Shown here piece after piece: positions 12,465 to 24,892 of a DNA stretch of 64,000 nt. Made by a program: the position numbers and the translations under genes. Every line of letters begins with the position of its first letter. The stretch's first letter is position 1. The DNA is from Marsupella aquatica. Lineage: Eukaryota > Plantae > Marchantiophyta. The notes under the pieces are model-generated. The model did no database searches, was not told the DNA's origin, and saw only the letters and a program-made list of their open reading frames with translations. The stretch covers positions 14,252,861 to 14,316,860 of the forward strand of contig OZ316892.1 of the NCBI GenBank assembly GCA_973895155.1, in the 5' to 3' direction.

Positions 12465-13106
12465 ATGGTGGTAGGAGCGAACCAGTCCGGGAAAGGGGCG
12501 AAAGGCTTGTCCCTCGGCAAGGCTCAGGAAGGAGACAAGAAGGACAAGAAGAAGCCCGTTTCCAGGTCATCTCGAGCCGGCCTCCAGGTGCGCAGTCTCC
12601 GTTACTAATCACCCTTTTTGGTTGCTTGAATGCGTTCCTTGTAGTTTGGCAGATGCACAGACGTTTGGCCAGGCACCGCATTCAATTGGTCAGTTTTGGT
12701 TGGTTTTTCGGTTTTCTTGCTGGCGTCCTCGTGTATCGCGGGTGTCTCCAGACTGACAAATTAGTAGAGGACTCGACGACTGTTTAACGATGCAATGTGT
12801 GCGCAGTTTCCAGTGGGGCGTATACACCGGATGTTGAAGTCTCGGGTTGCTGCCAATGGAAGAGTTGGTGCGACGGCCGCTGTGTATTCAGCGGCTATTC
12901 TCGAGTATTTGACCGCTGAGGTTCTGGAGTTGGCTGGCAATGCGAGCAAAGATCTCAAGGTTAAAAGAATAACTCCGCGACATTTGCAACTTGCCATTCG
13001 GGGAGATGAGGAGTTGGACACGTTGATCAAAGGGACTATTGCCGGAGGCGGAGTTATACCCCACATTCACAAGTCACTCATCAATAAAACTTCGAAAAAG
13101 GATTAA
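12465..13106 (+). CDS. H2A.Z: Histone variant H2A.Z, 2 coding exons
   Basis: Exons 12465-12587 ([41 protein letters not shown]) and 12807-13106 ([99 protein letters not shown]). [11 protein letters not shown] and [12 protein letters not shown] are diagnostic of H2A.Z. Confidence 0.97.
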
Positions 13107-14058
13107 ACTTCCTGCCTCAAGGAAGCAAAGTCACACCACTACAGTAGTTCTCCCATGCGCGGAGTAAAAGGGGCGGCGTTGCAGGAAAAATGCCTCTGTG
13201 CACTCCCGACACTCTTCATGTTTGTAGGCAAGGCAGCAGTAACTGGGGACAGCCTTCATGATACGCTTAGCTATGATTAACAGGAGACGATTGCCTGGCT
13301 GCAAACCAACGTTTCGATACTACAATATGTAGCCAGCGAGGAAATCCTCCTTGTTGAGTTTCAGTTGCAGTGTTTACGATTAGCTCGGTCATACATGCAC
13401 GTTAATTCAAATGAAGCACCTGAAAGTCTATTATCCTCTCATGCCGTGAATCTACCATGTTTGTAGCGATTTGGCATGCCAGCAAGTTGTTGTTATTCAC
13501 TTCATTCAGGTAGGAGGTGAAGTAATATCAAAGGCACCTCCTTTTCTGAGTTTGGTAAACCTTATCACCACAAGATGTTTTCAGATAATTAAGTTAGTCG
13601 AATGTCAAGGCAGAGTGGTTTTACGATCTGAGAAAGATATTTGCCTTCCTTATGAGCTCTTCACCCACAGCAGATTGGGTACTTGCAATCGAAAGTGGTT
13701 TGCACACTGGCATTCCGGTTGAGAAATACACTCCTGTGATTTCACGAGCGTGTGTCCAGTCCTCGTCATACTGAAACATTTGCTGTCATTTCTTGACTAA
13801 GTTGATGACAGCATACGAATTGTAGGCGACCTCCTCTCGTGTGAGCAAGATTTGAAACGATACCAATTCACCTCTAGACGGTCCCGTCTTGGAATGAAAT
13901 GTCGGCTCTACCACAAACGATAGACCGTTCATTGTTGCAAATAGCAGACAACACCTGTGAAGATCACATCGCGCTTCCTAGATAACATGACCCCTAAGGG
14001 TGTATCGGCTCAATGGTTAGTGAACCAACCCTGTTCGGAGGATGCAGTTTGAGTGGCC

Positions 14059-14120
14059 CAATGAATAAGCAGCTCCGTACACAAAATGACAATGAATAAG
14101 CAGCTCCGTACACAAAATGA
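14059..14120. repeat. Perfect 31-bp tandem duplication
   Basis: caatgaataagcagctccgtacacaaaatga x2 (14059-14089, 14090-14120). Confidence 0.95.
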
Positions 14121-14449
14121 ACGCAGGTGGGAAACACGGGATTTAGTGTAGAACAAGCTGTGTGGGAACTTATGCGTTGTGGCTGTTGCTCTTTCTCGAT
14201 GCTACATTGAACTAACTGGACAAAGCTACCTCTAGCAGTGACGCTTGTTGTGGCTTTTCTCCTGCTATATTAAATGTACTCCTCGTTATTAGTGCTCTAG
14301 ACTAAGGAAAGGTTAGAAAAGCATTGTTAGCATCCTACATCGTCATGGCAATGTTAAAATTGCCAAATCCTAAGTAAAGGAGGTTAATGATTAGAGTATG
14401 TTGAGAAATCATCTATGAAGAAAAGGAAAATCAGCGCCCAACTTGCTTA

Positions 14450-16860
14450 CTGTGTTATTTCGTGCCTCGACATTGGTTAGCAACATCAGTTGAGAACTTG
14501 TCTCACCTTAGCCTGGTGTTGCTGCAGCTCCTCTCCCACGGCAGCACCTATCTCGCATAGCTTCTCTGAAACTCACATGTACAACCTTCATCGTACTTGG
14601 CTGAGCTGTCCATGACTTCTTGACAGATGTTGGTACATTCCTCAGAACGTGCTAAAAGCCAGCTACAGGCAACCAAGAGCAGCCGCACCTGCAACACATT
14701 GAGTGAAATAAAGTAATTTTTGAAGTCCAATCCGACTTGAAATTTCACCTGCTCATTAGTGCCCACCGTTATTAGAGATCTGAAAACACGTAAGTAACTT
14801 GAGCTTACCTGAAACGTCACCTGCTCAATAGCGCTCACTCTTACTACACAACTGAGGAGAACACCTAGTAACTTTACCCACTAAAAGTAAAAGGAAGATC
14901 TCGAAGCAGGCGAGATCAAATTTCAATTTCGATATTGATTCATACATCTAACTGATGGGCCTGCTGCAATGTGCACAAAACAAATACGAGCAAAAAGATA
15001 TGGAACAAATCTCATTTTTAGGTTTAGAAGTCATCGAATTAGATATGATCAAATTTGTTTCACAAGTTCACATAACCTGCATACCGAGAAATGTACGTCA
15101 AAAACATGAATCAGATTTAAGTTCATCAGGTGGAAGAAGATTTAACGGAGCTGCCGCTAGATTACGAGCAACTTCGCAGCCTAGGGCTCGTACTCTGGTT
15201 CAGCCGGTTGACGGCTTCATCTTGACGGTGGCCATCACTAGCTGGCATCAAGAAAAGCGAAAAGTAGTTTATCGGCAAAATATACCAGAACGAGCCCCAA
15301 AACCTTCAACTCAAATGCTTAGAATCTTCGACAAGGGGCTCCTATGTGCAAATGTCTACAACCCGTCTTCCAATACCCGGATTGAAGAAGGCAATGTTTA
15401 CAGAATATTATTATAGAGCTTGCTTGCAAGGAATTGCACTCACCTGTCGATACAGAATGAGGTTACCTTGAGTTACACAGCCAGTGCTTAACAGTCAAAC
15501 CTGATTCTTACTTGTGGAGGCTCGAAAATATATCTGCAATGGAGAGTTCTGGTACGAAACAATAACGACGCCCACTATTCTTCCAACTGCCCATCCTAGA
15601 CAATAACCAAGATATGAAAGGAGATCCAATTCCTATAAACAGGGTTGGCCAACTTTCAACGCTATAATCAATTATAGAGGAATGCAGAAATCAAGGTGAA
15701 TACGCTTGACTCCAAACTTAGAACAAAACTCAAAAAATACAGAGTCGGCCTCACCTGGCATGAGTTCCATCATCACTCCTAAAAGCCTGTCGAGCGGAAT
15801 GCAGCCTGCGCCTTAAGTCTTGAGTGCCATACACACCAAAAGATGAAAGTTCCCAGAAAGTTCATTGAGGCTTCAACCGGTCTGGCCTGGAAGGCCTCCT
15901 GCGTCATACCAGAGACAAACACATTAAGAACATACAGGCTTACCAGTTCTTGCCACCCTCCCACGTAAGGAAGGACTGTCACAAAGACACAATGAAAGTC
16001 ACTACAGAATTAGGGTCTATCCTTATTGTCCACATCTTAAGAAACTGGTTCTGTATGGTAAAAAAATTCAAAACCCAATTACCGTCATCCGCACTGTACA
16101 TGATCGAGCCCGGATTCCATTCTCAAAGTTTCACCTTCTGAGGGCCACCGTCTTGTCATAATCAGCTCACTCGGTCTAACAACCGGCCCTGCGTCCTCCA
16201 CATTTTACAAAGATATCAGTGTATCCTAAGAGAGCTCTTAAGCTCTGTACAAACTCAAATTTAAACAAGCATTATAATCAACCTAGCCCTGCAGCAAGAC
16301 ACCAACGATTAACGACCAGTGATAATCTCAAAGAGGAGACGCCAAACTTTTCATCGTGGAAATCGAGGTACCTGGACACTTTTAGGGATTATCAGTCCAG
16401 ATCAACAGATAATTTCAAACGGTTCGTAATCTAAAAGCCAAGAATTTTATCCTAGAAGCAGCAATCAAGCTCTGCAGATTTGCTATCCAATCTGCCACAA
16501 GGAAGGGCGAAGTCCGAACGCAGTTTGTAAGGGCAGGATCTTTCGAACTTTCTAACAGGGAACTTTCATGATATAAGGAGCCGAGCTAAAATACTAAAGA
16601 GTCCGAACCCGAATCTGTAAAACAACACACTCACATCAAGCCATCTGAACACGAGAGAGATTCGGAGATCCAAACGAAACGTTACACCTACACATTAAAA
16701 CGAATCGCAATTCAGCCAGCTCAAAATTCCAGACAGTTCGCACTCAAAAAGCTCGAAATGACACCCTAAAGAGGAAGCCTCGAGAAGATACATCACAATC
16801 CTCTCGGCCCAACCATCACAGATCCCAAATTCCGAAACCTAGAAATTACACCCTGGGAAG
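14450..16860 (-). ncRNA. Candidate multi-exon transcript with no long ORF (lncRNA or small-peptide gene)
   Basis: The minus strand has many consensus donors (AAG|GTGAGA ~14506, CAG|GTAAG ~14808, CAG|GTGAGT ~15444, CAG|GTGAGG ~15755, CTG|GTAAG ~15944, AAG|GTGAAA ~16134, GAT|GTGAGT ~16634) and acceptors after T-rich tracts (TTGCAG ~14690, TTATAG ~15633, GACAG ~15977, CGCAG ~16189, GGCAG ~16492). I could not assemble an ORF longer than about 60 aa. Confidence 0.45.
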
Positions 16861-19240
16861 ACCTCTAAAGTCTAAAAGCATTGGAGCTTAGTCAGTGGGT
16901 GTATTGTGTGTGGCACCGAGAATTAATGCAACTAAAATGGACAGATAGCCTGTGACTCCCAGATTTACACAATTCATGTGCAGAACTACAGTCTGTACTT
17001 GACTGAGAGGGCTACATAGAATTATGTGCCACTGACCCTCAATATCACTCTGCAACGCAAGAAGGCATGAAATCCTGTGTTACAAAATACTATTTCGGCC
17101 GTTCCATCAAACAAAACAATATTTTTCCGGACAGGCGATACCTTGGCAGGGCTCACCAGACAATTCCATGCACCGGGTAGCAAAATAGGGCGATCTCGTT
17201 CTCACTCGAGTTATTACATGCCGAACCTGGACCACGTTTCTTGCTGCTATTGTAAATCGGTAACAAGCAGCAATGTCCATAAAGCAGCGAGTCCCTTACC
17301 ACATCCAGAGGTTACAGTGGCTTCCACCTACTCTAGGTACATGGCATTGTTGTGACCACTCCTGGGTGGGCATTGGCAAAAATGCATTGAGCAAGCGGAG
17401 AGACTGGCTTGCATGTGGGAAAACCACTGGTTTTATATTTTTGTATTTTTTCCATACAAATTTCCTATAACTACCACAAGAGCATGTGGCACAGTTATCA
17501 GTGTTATGCATTTATTTTTGGGTTTAGAGTTACTATGTAACCATAGTTAGTCTAAGTGGAGTCTGACACTTGATAGTTAAATATTATACTTCATATGTGC
17601 ACAAACATGAATTAGTTTGTGAGTTTAATTTAGGCTCATTGTTACACAAATGTACTAAAGATAGGGAAAGTTTGTGTTGTAGAGAGTTGATATGGCCAAT
17701 GGACCTAGAATACATCAAATTTATCGTGTGTTCTTATGGACGTAGTCTCTAGATAGGTGACTCACATCTCTTGTGTGTCAAGTATTGGATCATTGGATGT
17801 TTCATATGTGCATGTTGTCTATGAGAGGTCCATTGTTCAACAACCAAACCAGCCCAAGATGTTTGAACCAGAATGTAACACTCAAATTAGAGTAGAATTG
17901 TAGAAAATTGAACTTGAGACCTACTTGATTGTGATTTTAGCTCAAGCTTTTTGAGTCAAAGGAACTATCTGCAGGGCAAGAGTTTGTTTGGGTTCATTGC
18001 AGATCAGAATGAAAGGACTCTTGGCATCATCAATCTTCACAGGCTCTCATGTGGACTGTGTATTGTTTGTGAGTGTGGTTTTGTTGCTCCACTCTTTGTC
18101 TGTACTAGTTCAATACCCATGCCATGTAAATAGGATTCACTTGTTGTTATGAAAGTGCTTAAGTGCAAAGTTTTGTCATTGCGCATGTGTTTTTGTTCTC
18201 AATTTTTGTTGTTGGTGCAAGTGGCTTGGAGGGGAAAAGTGTTGGGCTGGTGAGCAACACAGAGCATCTCTAGAGGAGTCCACAGTTCTGTCCACTCGAC
18301 CATGTTGAAATGCCCCCTCAATTAATTAGGCCCCTCAATATTTGGCTGGTTTTGGTCTTGTTAGCTCAATCATCTTGGTGTGGAAAGTGGATGTTGTTGT
18401 ACACTGCTTCCTTCAGCTGGGAGTAATTCGCCCTTGTAATCCATTGGAGAGCCCTAGTCTCCAGTTTTGCAACAAACCTGTTAGCCTTGAGAGTTCATCC
18501 AAGTGTCTCAAGCTGCAGGTTTCTATTACTTAGCTAAATATCAAGCAGGGGTCTTGGGGCCAAACAGAACCACGTATCTCCCAGGCTCACCCCTTATCTC
18601 CTTTACTGTGACTTGAGCCAAGAAGCCAACCACCCTTGGCTTGCTTCCACTTACTAGGTGCCACAATTTGTTTGCCGCTAGGCACAGACTCACTAATATG
18701 TTGGTCTACTTGTGGTGGATCTCAATGTGATTGCAAATGCTTCATGGCCAGTTGAGGGTACTTTTCTCATGTAGATAAATATTTCTCTCCATATATTTCT
18801 AGAGGCCTGCCAGCATTGGACCTGCTTTGGTCCCTTATAAGTTGGCCCCTGACCAAAGGGCTTAATAATCTTGAATGTACTCGTTGATGTGAGAATGTTG
18901 GTGGCAAAGGTGTCTCATGTTCCTTGTACAGACACCAGGGCCAAAAATTATGCCGACTTAAGTATCCGGGTCTACGGGTCCAAACATGGCCTGTGATAGA
19001 AACATAGGTGCATGCGAGTCCAGGTACGGTCCATGCCATGAGTCCGCAAACAAGTTTTCTGTAGACTCAAAGAATTGCTGCCCCCAAAGTTCTTGTAAAA
19101 CCACCCTAAAAGGCCCCATCTATTAAAGTTTGAAACTCCCTATAATTGGGTTCGGACAAAAAGGCAATATAAAGTTCGTCTTTGGTTAGGGATTTGCCGG
19201 TCCACCACTCACCGGCATCCCGTATATCCAATACCGTATA

Positions 19241-19303
19241 GTACCTAAACCGGTCGAAACCTACGGTACATGGAGGTACTTGTACAGTACCACGGTATTG
19301 TAC
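19241..19303. promoter_or_regulatory. Cluster of six GTAC cores (possible SBP/SPL binding sites)
   Basis: GTAC at 19241, 19266, 19276, 19282, 19287 and 19300, about 650-700 bp upstream of the ATG at 19944. Confidence 0.35.
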
Positions 19304-19943
19304 TGGGACAGTCGAGGGCGAGGGCAGGCGAAGTGCGCGCTTCGAACAGGGTTCGAAAATGACGCGAAGGGAAGGGGAAGTAGTCGCTTTGGTCGCCACA
19401 ATTTCTGGATGACGCGCTGCTTCCTCAAATGTCCTCATTCCTGCTTTCCACAACATTCCTGTTGTTTCATTCGATACCGCAGTTCCTGATTTCCGCGTCG
19501 TGGTGGAGTTGTGTGGCCCGGCGGCCAGCCATCGACAACACGGACACACGGTGCATCGAAAGCTCGACGGCGCTGTGATGATGCAGGATCGGAGGACTGC
19601 AAGAGTTGGTTTAGTCCGATCGTCGAATCGATCGATTTGGTAACGGACGTAGTCGTGTGGTTCTGTCACTGGCTGACAATCCTGTCGATTGCTTGGAAGC
19701 GTGCATCAGTGCGGCCGAATCGTGAGACGGTGTCCGTGGCTTGAGACGGGGCTAAGGGAGGGGGAGAGCGGTGGTTACGAAGGATGGTGGGGGAAAAATG
19801 AGGCGACGAGAGCCCTGATGGCAGAAAATTGGCGGGGGAACAGAAGCAGGTATGGGTGGAACGAAGTCTGGCATGACGCGCTAGGAGGAGCTGAAGAAAG
19901 CAGGACACACTACAGTAGAGGAGCTGAATGAGGAGGCTGCAGA

Positions 19944-22749
19944 ATGGGTGCCGCTTCGGTAGATAAAGATGATGAGGTCAATGAGGGGATTGACTTCATC
20001 GAACTGCCGTTTATTGATCTCGATCACTTTGGCGGGGACGAACTGTGTCTCGTGGCGCAATTCTCAGGGCACTTTCCTGATGCCAGTTTTAGAGATATCG
20101 TTGTTCCGAAGATAGACAGGTCATGTTTTAATGAGAGCGCTGGGAGTCGAAGGCAGACGTGGAGTCATCGGGGGAGCAGCAACGGCAGCAGCAACAAGCA
20201 TTCTAACAGAAGTAGGCTCGGATCGTCTGCTACTACTAGCCCTGCTGTCATTCATCGAAGAAGCATTGGGTTGAGGAGCACCACCGTTCAGAGTCGTACT
20301 ACTCGTGAGCTTATAATGCCGGATGCTGGGACGAGGTTTAGAACTGGGAAGGCCGTAGTAAGGCTGACCCCCAATGGAAAGGTAACGGGGAAAAGTTCAG
20401 TTAGGCAAGTCGCTTGGAAACGAACAATCACGAGGAGCGTAACTAATGTGGCTGTTGAGGAGAACTTTGCTTCAAATGGTGAGATCCAAGGTCCGGTTGG
20501 AGGAGTTGCAGGAATAGTTCGCGAACCTCTCTCGAGGAAAAGACTTTGGCAACCAATTGAAGCTTTCAACGATGACGAAGAATTGAAGGAAGAAATTGGT
20601 AGAACAAGGAACGAAAAGAGGACTAGGAGTAGTGCAGCAAGCAGAACCATAGGAGAGGGATTGTTGGTAGGAGCAAAGAGGGGTCGCGGATATTTTCTGG
20701 GGGCCAGGAAACCTGAAAGAGCTCATAAACGACGGATTCGAGAGGTGGACATGATGGAATGTCTGGCCAAAATGAAAGGAACGTGGGCTTCCAGTGAGAA
20801 GACTCGGAAGATCGTGGATGCCTCGGGCTTTCCAGTAGGATGGACAGTACGAGTGGGATTGAGATATAAGTACGGACGAACCCTCTTTGAGTACGGCGAT
20901 TGGAGAAGGTTAGTAGAGACACTTTCGTACAATAATTAATCTCTTGATTGGATAAAGTCGGTCCTTGACTTAGACTTGCATCAGAAATCTATGAGCTATC
21001 CGAGTGGTGGGTTGGAAAGTACTTCCACGCGATTCGTGCCAGGTTCGGAGGGATGAACTTTTGAGAGTGTGCACTAGTTTTCGCAGATTTGTCTAGCGTA
21101 CACGCACTAACACACTTTTGTGTACATTGGCATGAATGTGTAGTCCGGATGGTACTCTATGCTCTTCATTCCAAGACGCGTCTGCATTGTTGTTGTCTTC
21201 GACAGGGCAAGACTCTACTTCCAAAATCGTGGTACTTGTGAAGCCCGGTGGAGGAACCGTTGGCGACGAAGGAATTTCCTCTGCGGAGACAGAAAATACT
21301 ACTGAAACAGTAGGGAAGGGCAACGTCCAGGGTGGATTTTGTAGTAACAGAGTCCCCAGGGTAGACTGGGGCCAAGCTGCAGGAGGCTGTAGCAACGTAG
21401 ATAAAACTCCAAATTTGACACTAGCTGCGACTAGATTGGAGATAGCAAGCCATCTGGATGAGTTACAAGCTGAGGACTGTGATAGGGAGCGTTTGAGCAA
21501 AGTACAGACGCAGGAAAGCAGGCTGTCAGCACGCTTACTCGAAACACATAGCTGCGGTGATCTCATTACCAAAACAGGAGATTATTCCAAAACTGCTGAC
21601 CTAAAAGAATCGCCAAGGATATCAGAGGAAATTCCAAGTTTGGCACTAGCTGCGAGTGGAGGGGAGATGGCAAGCCATGTGGATGAGTTACAAGTTGAGG
21701 GCAGACACAGGGAGATATTAAGCAAGGAACAGACTCAGGAGAGCCCGCAGTCAGCATGCTTACTTGAAAGACATAGCTGCAGTAATTACATGACCATAAC
21801 AGAAGATCCTTCCAAACATGCTGACCTAAAAGTACCGCCGTGGAGATCATACCATGAGTCTAGTTCTGGCTGGATGGAGAGTAATATAAACTTAGGTCAT
21901 TCCGAAACAAAGGAGGGACAATTTTGCTCACTCTTGACGCCTTCTAACACAGGCCATAAGTGTCCTTCCTGTGGAATGATGTTCTCAACCCTCTCGAAGT
22001 TGCGAGGTCACGTGAGAAGAGCCAAGAACAAAAGACAACTCAATTGCGATGTATGTGGAAGGCACTTCTCATCCACAGTGCTGTTCCTGAGTCATCGAGT
22101 CCAGATGGGTCATCCTCGAGTTACCAGAACTGCCTCTGACTCAAGAAGGTTACAAGCTAAGGGTTTAGAGCGTGTCTCCAGACCACAAGGCTCTAAGATT
22201 TCCAACGTTGTTTCGAGTCTGCTGTGTGATGGTGGCATTGGTGGCACTGTTGACCATGCATCTGTTGCAACAAAGTCGTCCTCCAAGTCCACCGAGAATC
22301 TCAGTTCAAGAGATGTGCTGAAAGTTGTCCACGAAGAGGTCAAACAAGAAGCTCTGAAGAACGGAGATCTCTCAGGCGTCTTTGAGTGCGAGACTTGCCA
22401 AAAGGTTTTCTATCGTCGCTCTCAATATTGGGGACATCAAAGTGTTCACTCAAAACAGAGGAAGAAAGCCCTGAAATCGAGTGCCCTTTCAGAAAGTGAC
22501 TCGAAGAGATCTTTAGACAGAACTGTTGGCCCGGAGTCAAATCTTCAGATAGTAGTTAGGGAGAACTCTGGATATGAAGCAGGAAACAAATACGCTGTTG
22601 AAAACTTGTTGTGGAAGTTGCTCGATGACTCTTTACCATTAAAAAGGCCCAATCACGAATTAGACATATTTCAGGATGAAAGTGTCAGACCCCCAGGACT
22701 TCATTCAAAAGAAGAGGTACCTAGTGAGATTGGGGTTCTCACTTATTAG
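19944..22749 (+). CDS. MBD8-like methyl-CpG-binding-domain protein with C2H2 zinc fingers, at least 2 coding exons
   Basis: Exons 19944-20908 and 21144-22749, joined by a GT-AG intron giving ...WR-S-PDG.... The N-terminal LPFIDL...DIVVPKIDRSCFNESAGSRRQTWS and the G.W.S....RKIVDAS...P.GW...SPDG block match motifs of plant MBD8. There are three C2H2-like fingers (CPSC..H degenerate, CDVC...H....GH, CETC...H...H). The true C-terminus is uncertain because of a possible donor GAG|GTAC near 22717. Confidence 0.8.
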
Positions 22750-22989
22750 ATAAGGTTCATTTAAACTCATGTTTTGAAAGTAGGAGGCAATTTCGTGAAG
22801 TCTACCCCAACCGCTACTTCTGGGAGTGGGCGAAAAGTGTATCAATTGTTTCTCGTACCTTGTAATTTTTTCTCTGGGCCAAGCTTGTGACAGTCAAATC
22901 CGACTATTTCTCTTATCCTGTTGTCGTGATAGGGAGTATTCTGAACTTCAGATTTGGAACAAGAACTCCGGTAGGTGTCAATTTCAGCT

Positions 22990-23283
22990 GGTACTATGAC
23001 AAACAAAATTTTCTGAGTCTTCTTGCAGAGGGATGGTGGTTTTCCTTGTCGAGCTGTCCTGTTTTAGCTGCCCAGGTGTGGTCATGGGTCTAAGAGATAC
23101 TTAGTCGTCATGAACTTCATTATGTGCTGTCAAATCGGTACTGTGACAAACAAAATTTTCTGAGTCTTCCTGCAGAGGGATGGTGGTTTCCTTGTCGAGC
23201 TGTCCTGTTTTAGCTGCCCAGGTGTGGTCATGGGTCTAAGAGATACTTAGTCGTCATGAAAAACATTATGTGGTGTCAAATCA
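22990..23283. repeat. Near-perfect ~148-bp tandem duplication downstream of the MBD8-like gene
   Basis: gtact.tgacaaacaaaattttctgagtcttc.tgcagagggatggtgg...agatacttagtcgtcatgaa...cattatgtg.tgtcaaatc occurs at ~22990-23136 and ~23138-23282. Confidence 0.95.
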
Positions 23284-24892
23284 AGTATTCGAAAGAGCCC
23301 TACACAGTTTTGAGGATCGCAATCACGTGCTTGAAGCATATGGTGTCAAAATGATGTAAATTTTTGGTTAGTTTTCATTGTGTAGATCCAAAGCATTTGA
23401 AAGGATATAAAATTGGTCCGGTACAACTAAACTCGTTCTCTTGGTCTGTCTTAAACGGATGCTTAGGGGATGACGAACCCTTCTGTCGGTAGTTATCTTT
23501 TAACTATATCTGTATTGGGCAAGCATGACCAAATTGGCAGAAAGGCATGCAGTGTCTGTGATTTGTCTACAACAGTTTGGCTTGGATTGATTGGGGTTCG
23601 TTCGTTACAATGAATCTTTCTGCCTGTATTTTAAGGGTCATAAGAGGTGGCAACAGAATGTGGCTCCCCTTTTTATTTTATATGGATAATGTAACCTTGA
23701 AATTTATCTGCTTATGCTTGTAGCGAACGTTGGTGGTAGGAAGTTGGTGTGAAGCTCCCAGCATCCCTTGACAATTGGCCCATAATGAATAACTCGCGTA
23801 GATATCATTGTATCGAGTACCAGTATGACATCCTCGCAATTAATGTAAGGAAGTTCTCTTTGCATCGAGTCCCCCCCTTTCTCGAGACTTGGATTTACTT
23901 CAGATTTTTGCAGTCACTAGACAGATTTAGCTACGTAAGAATTGTTTTGTGCCTCGGGTATGAAACGTGCGGGAGTGATTGGTGCAAGTCATCTTTATAT
24001 TTTGCATTCTTTTAGGAGTGGTCCCTCATGATTGCATAGGAATTGTTTTGGAGCTTCGGATTGAAAGTTCCAAAACGATCCTTTGTGATGGCCAGTGTTG
24101 ATGGACAACCGAGTGTCTCTTGCACTGTGAGATGGAAAGGTGGTACTTTTCAGGTGGGGACTACTCAGAATTTCCTAATGCTTTTCCCCCTTTCTACCTT
24201 TAGAAATTATAAATTCTGTAGTTTCCTTTCTGTGAGTTCCTTCACAAATAGGTTTGTCCAGTAGGTTTGAAATTTGTACATCCATGGGGCTGCCTGGGGA
24301 TTGCTTCCCGATTTTCTTCAGTTTTGAGGATATTATCGAGACATCTTACCTTATGCCCTTTGTCCGAAGTGAGCCCAAGTTCGTTCAATTCGTTTGATTG
24401 GCCAGCCAAGAGTCCCTCATACCCTGCGCATGTGATTGATTGAGATGCCATCTGGGCCATTCATCTCCGTGCCTGCGAGCACCAAAAAAACTGAATTTTT
24501 TTTTAAACGGCTCATTGGAGGTGTGCACAAGAGATGTCTTGAGTTTTCATTCCAGTCCGCAATGAGGAGTGGTTTACTCATTCGAGGAGATCTCTTGAAT
24601 TATCATTCCAAGTCAGCAACGATGAGTGGCTGACTCATTCTGCTCCCTAGTAGTGGGATAAATGTGTTAATTGAAAAGGGGGTGCCCTCTAGACTAGCCT
24701 CCGACTAGACTTACAGACTAAGAGCCATTGAGGAAGGATGGGAAATGACATCATCGTTGGCACAACTGCTAATCTGTGATCCAGGTAAACAAGATATAGA
24801 AGATGGGGCTCACGATTCAGCCCTTGCTGTTCCAAACAATGATGTCTTTCATTGCTGCATGGACAGGTTTCCTGACAAACTGTCCGTGAATG

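Noticed and set aside
12120-12787. Overlapping 113-190 aa ORFs over the H2A.Z promoter and first intron
   Set aside because: They are by-products of GC- and GA-rich leader sequence and alternative frames of the histone exon, with no coherent protein signal.
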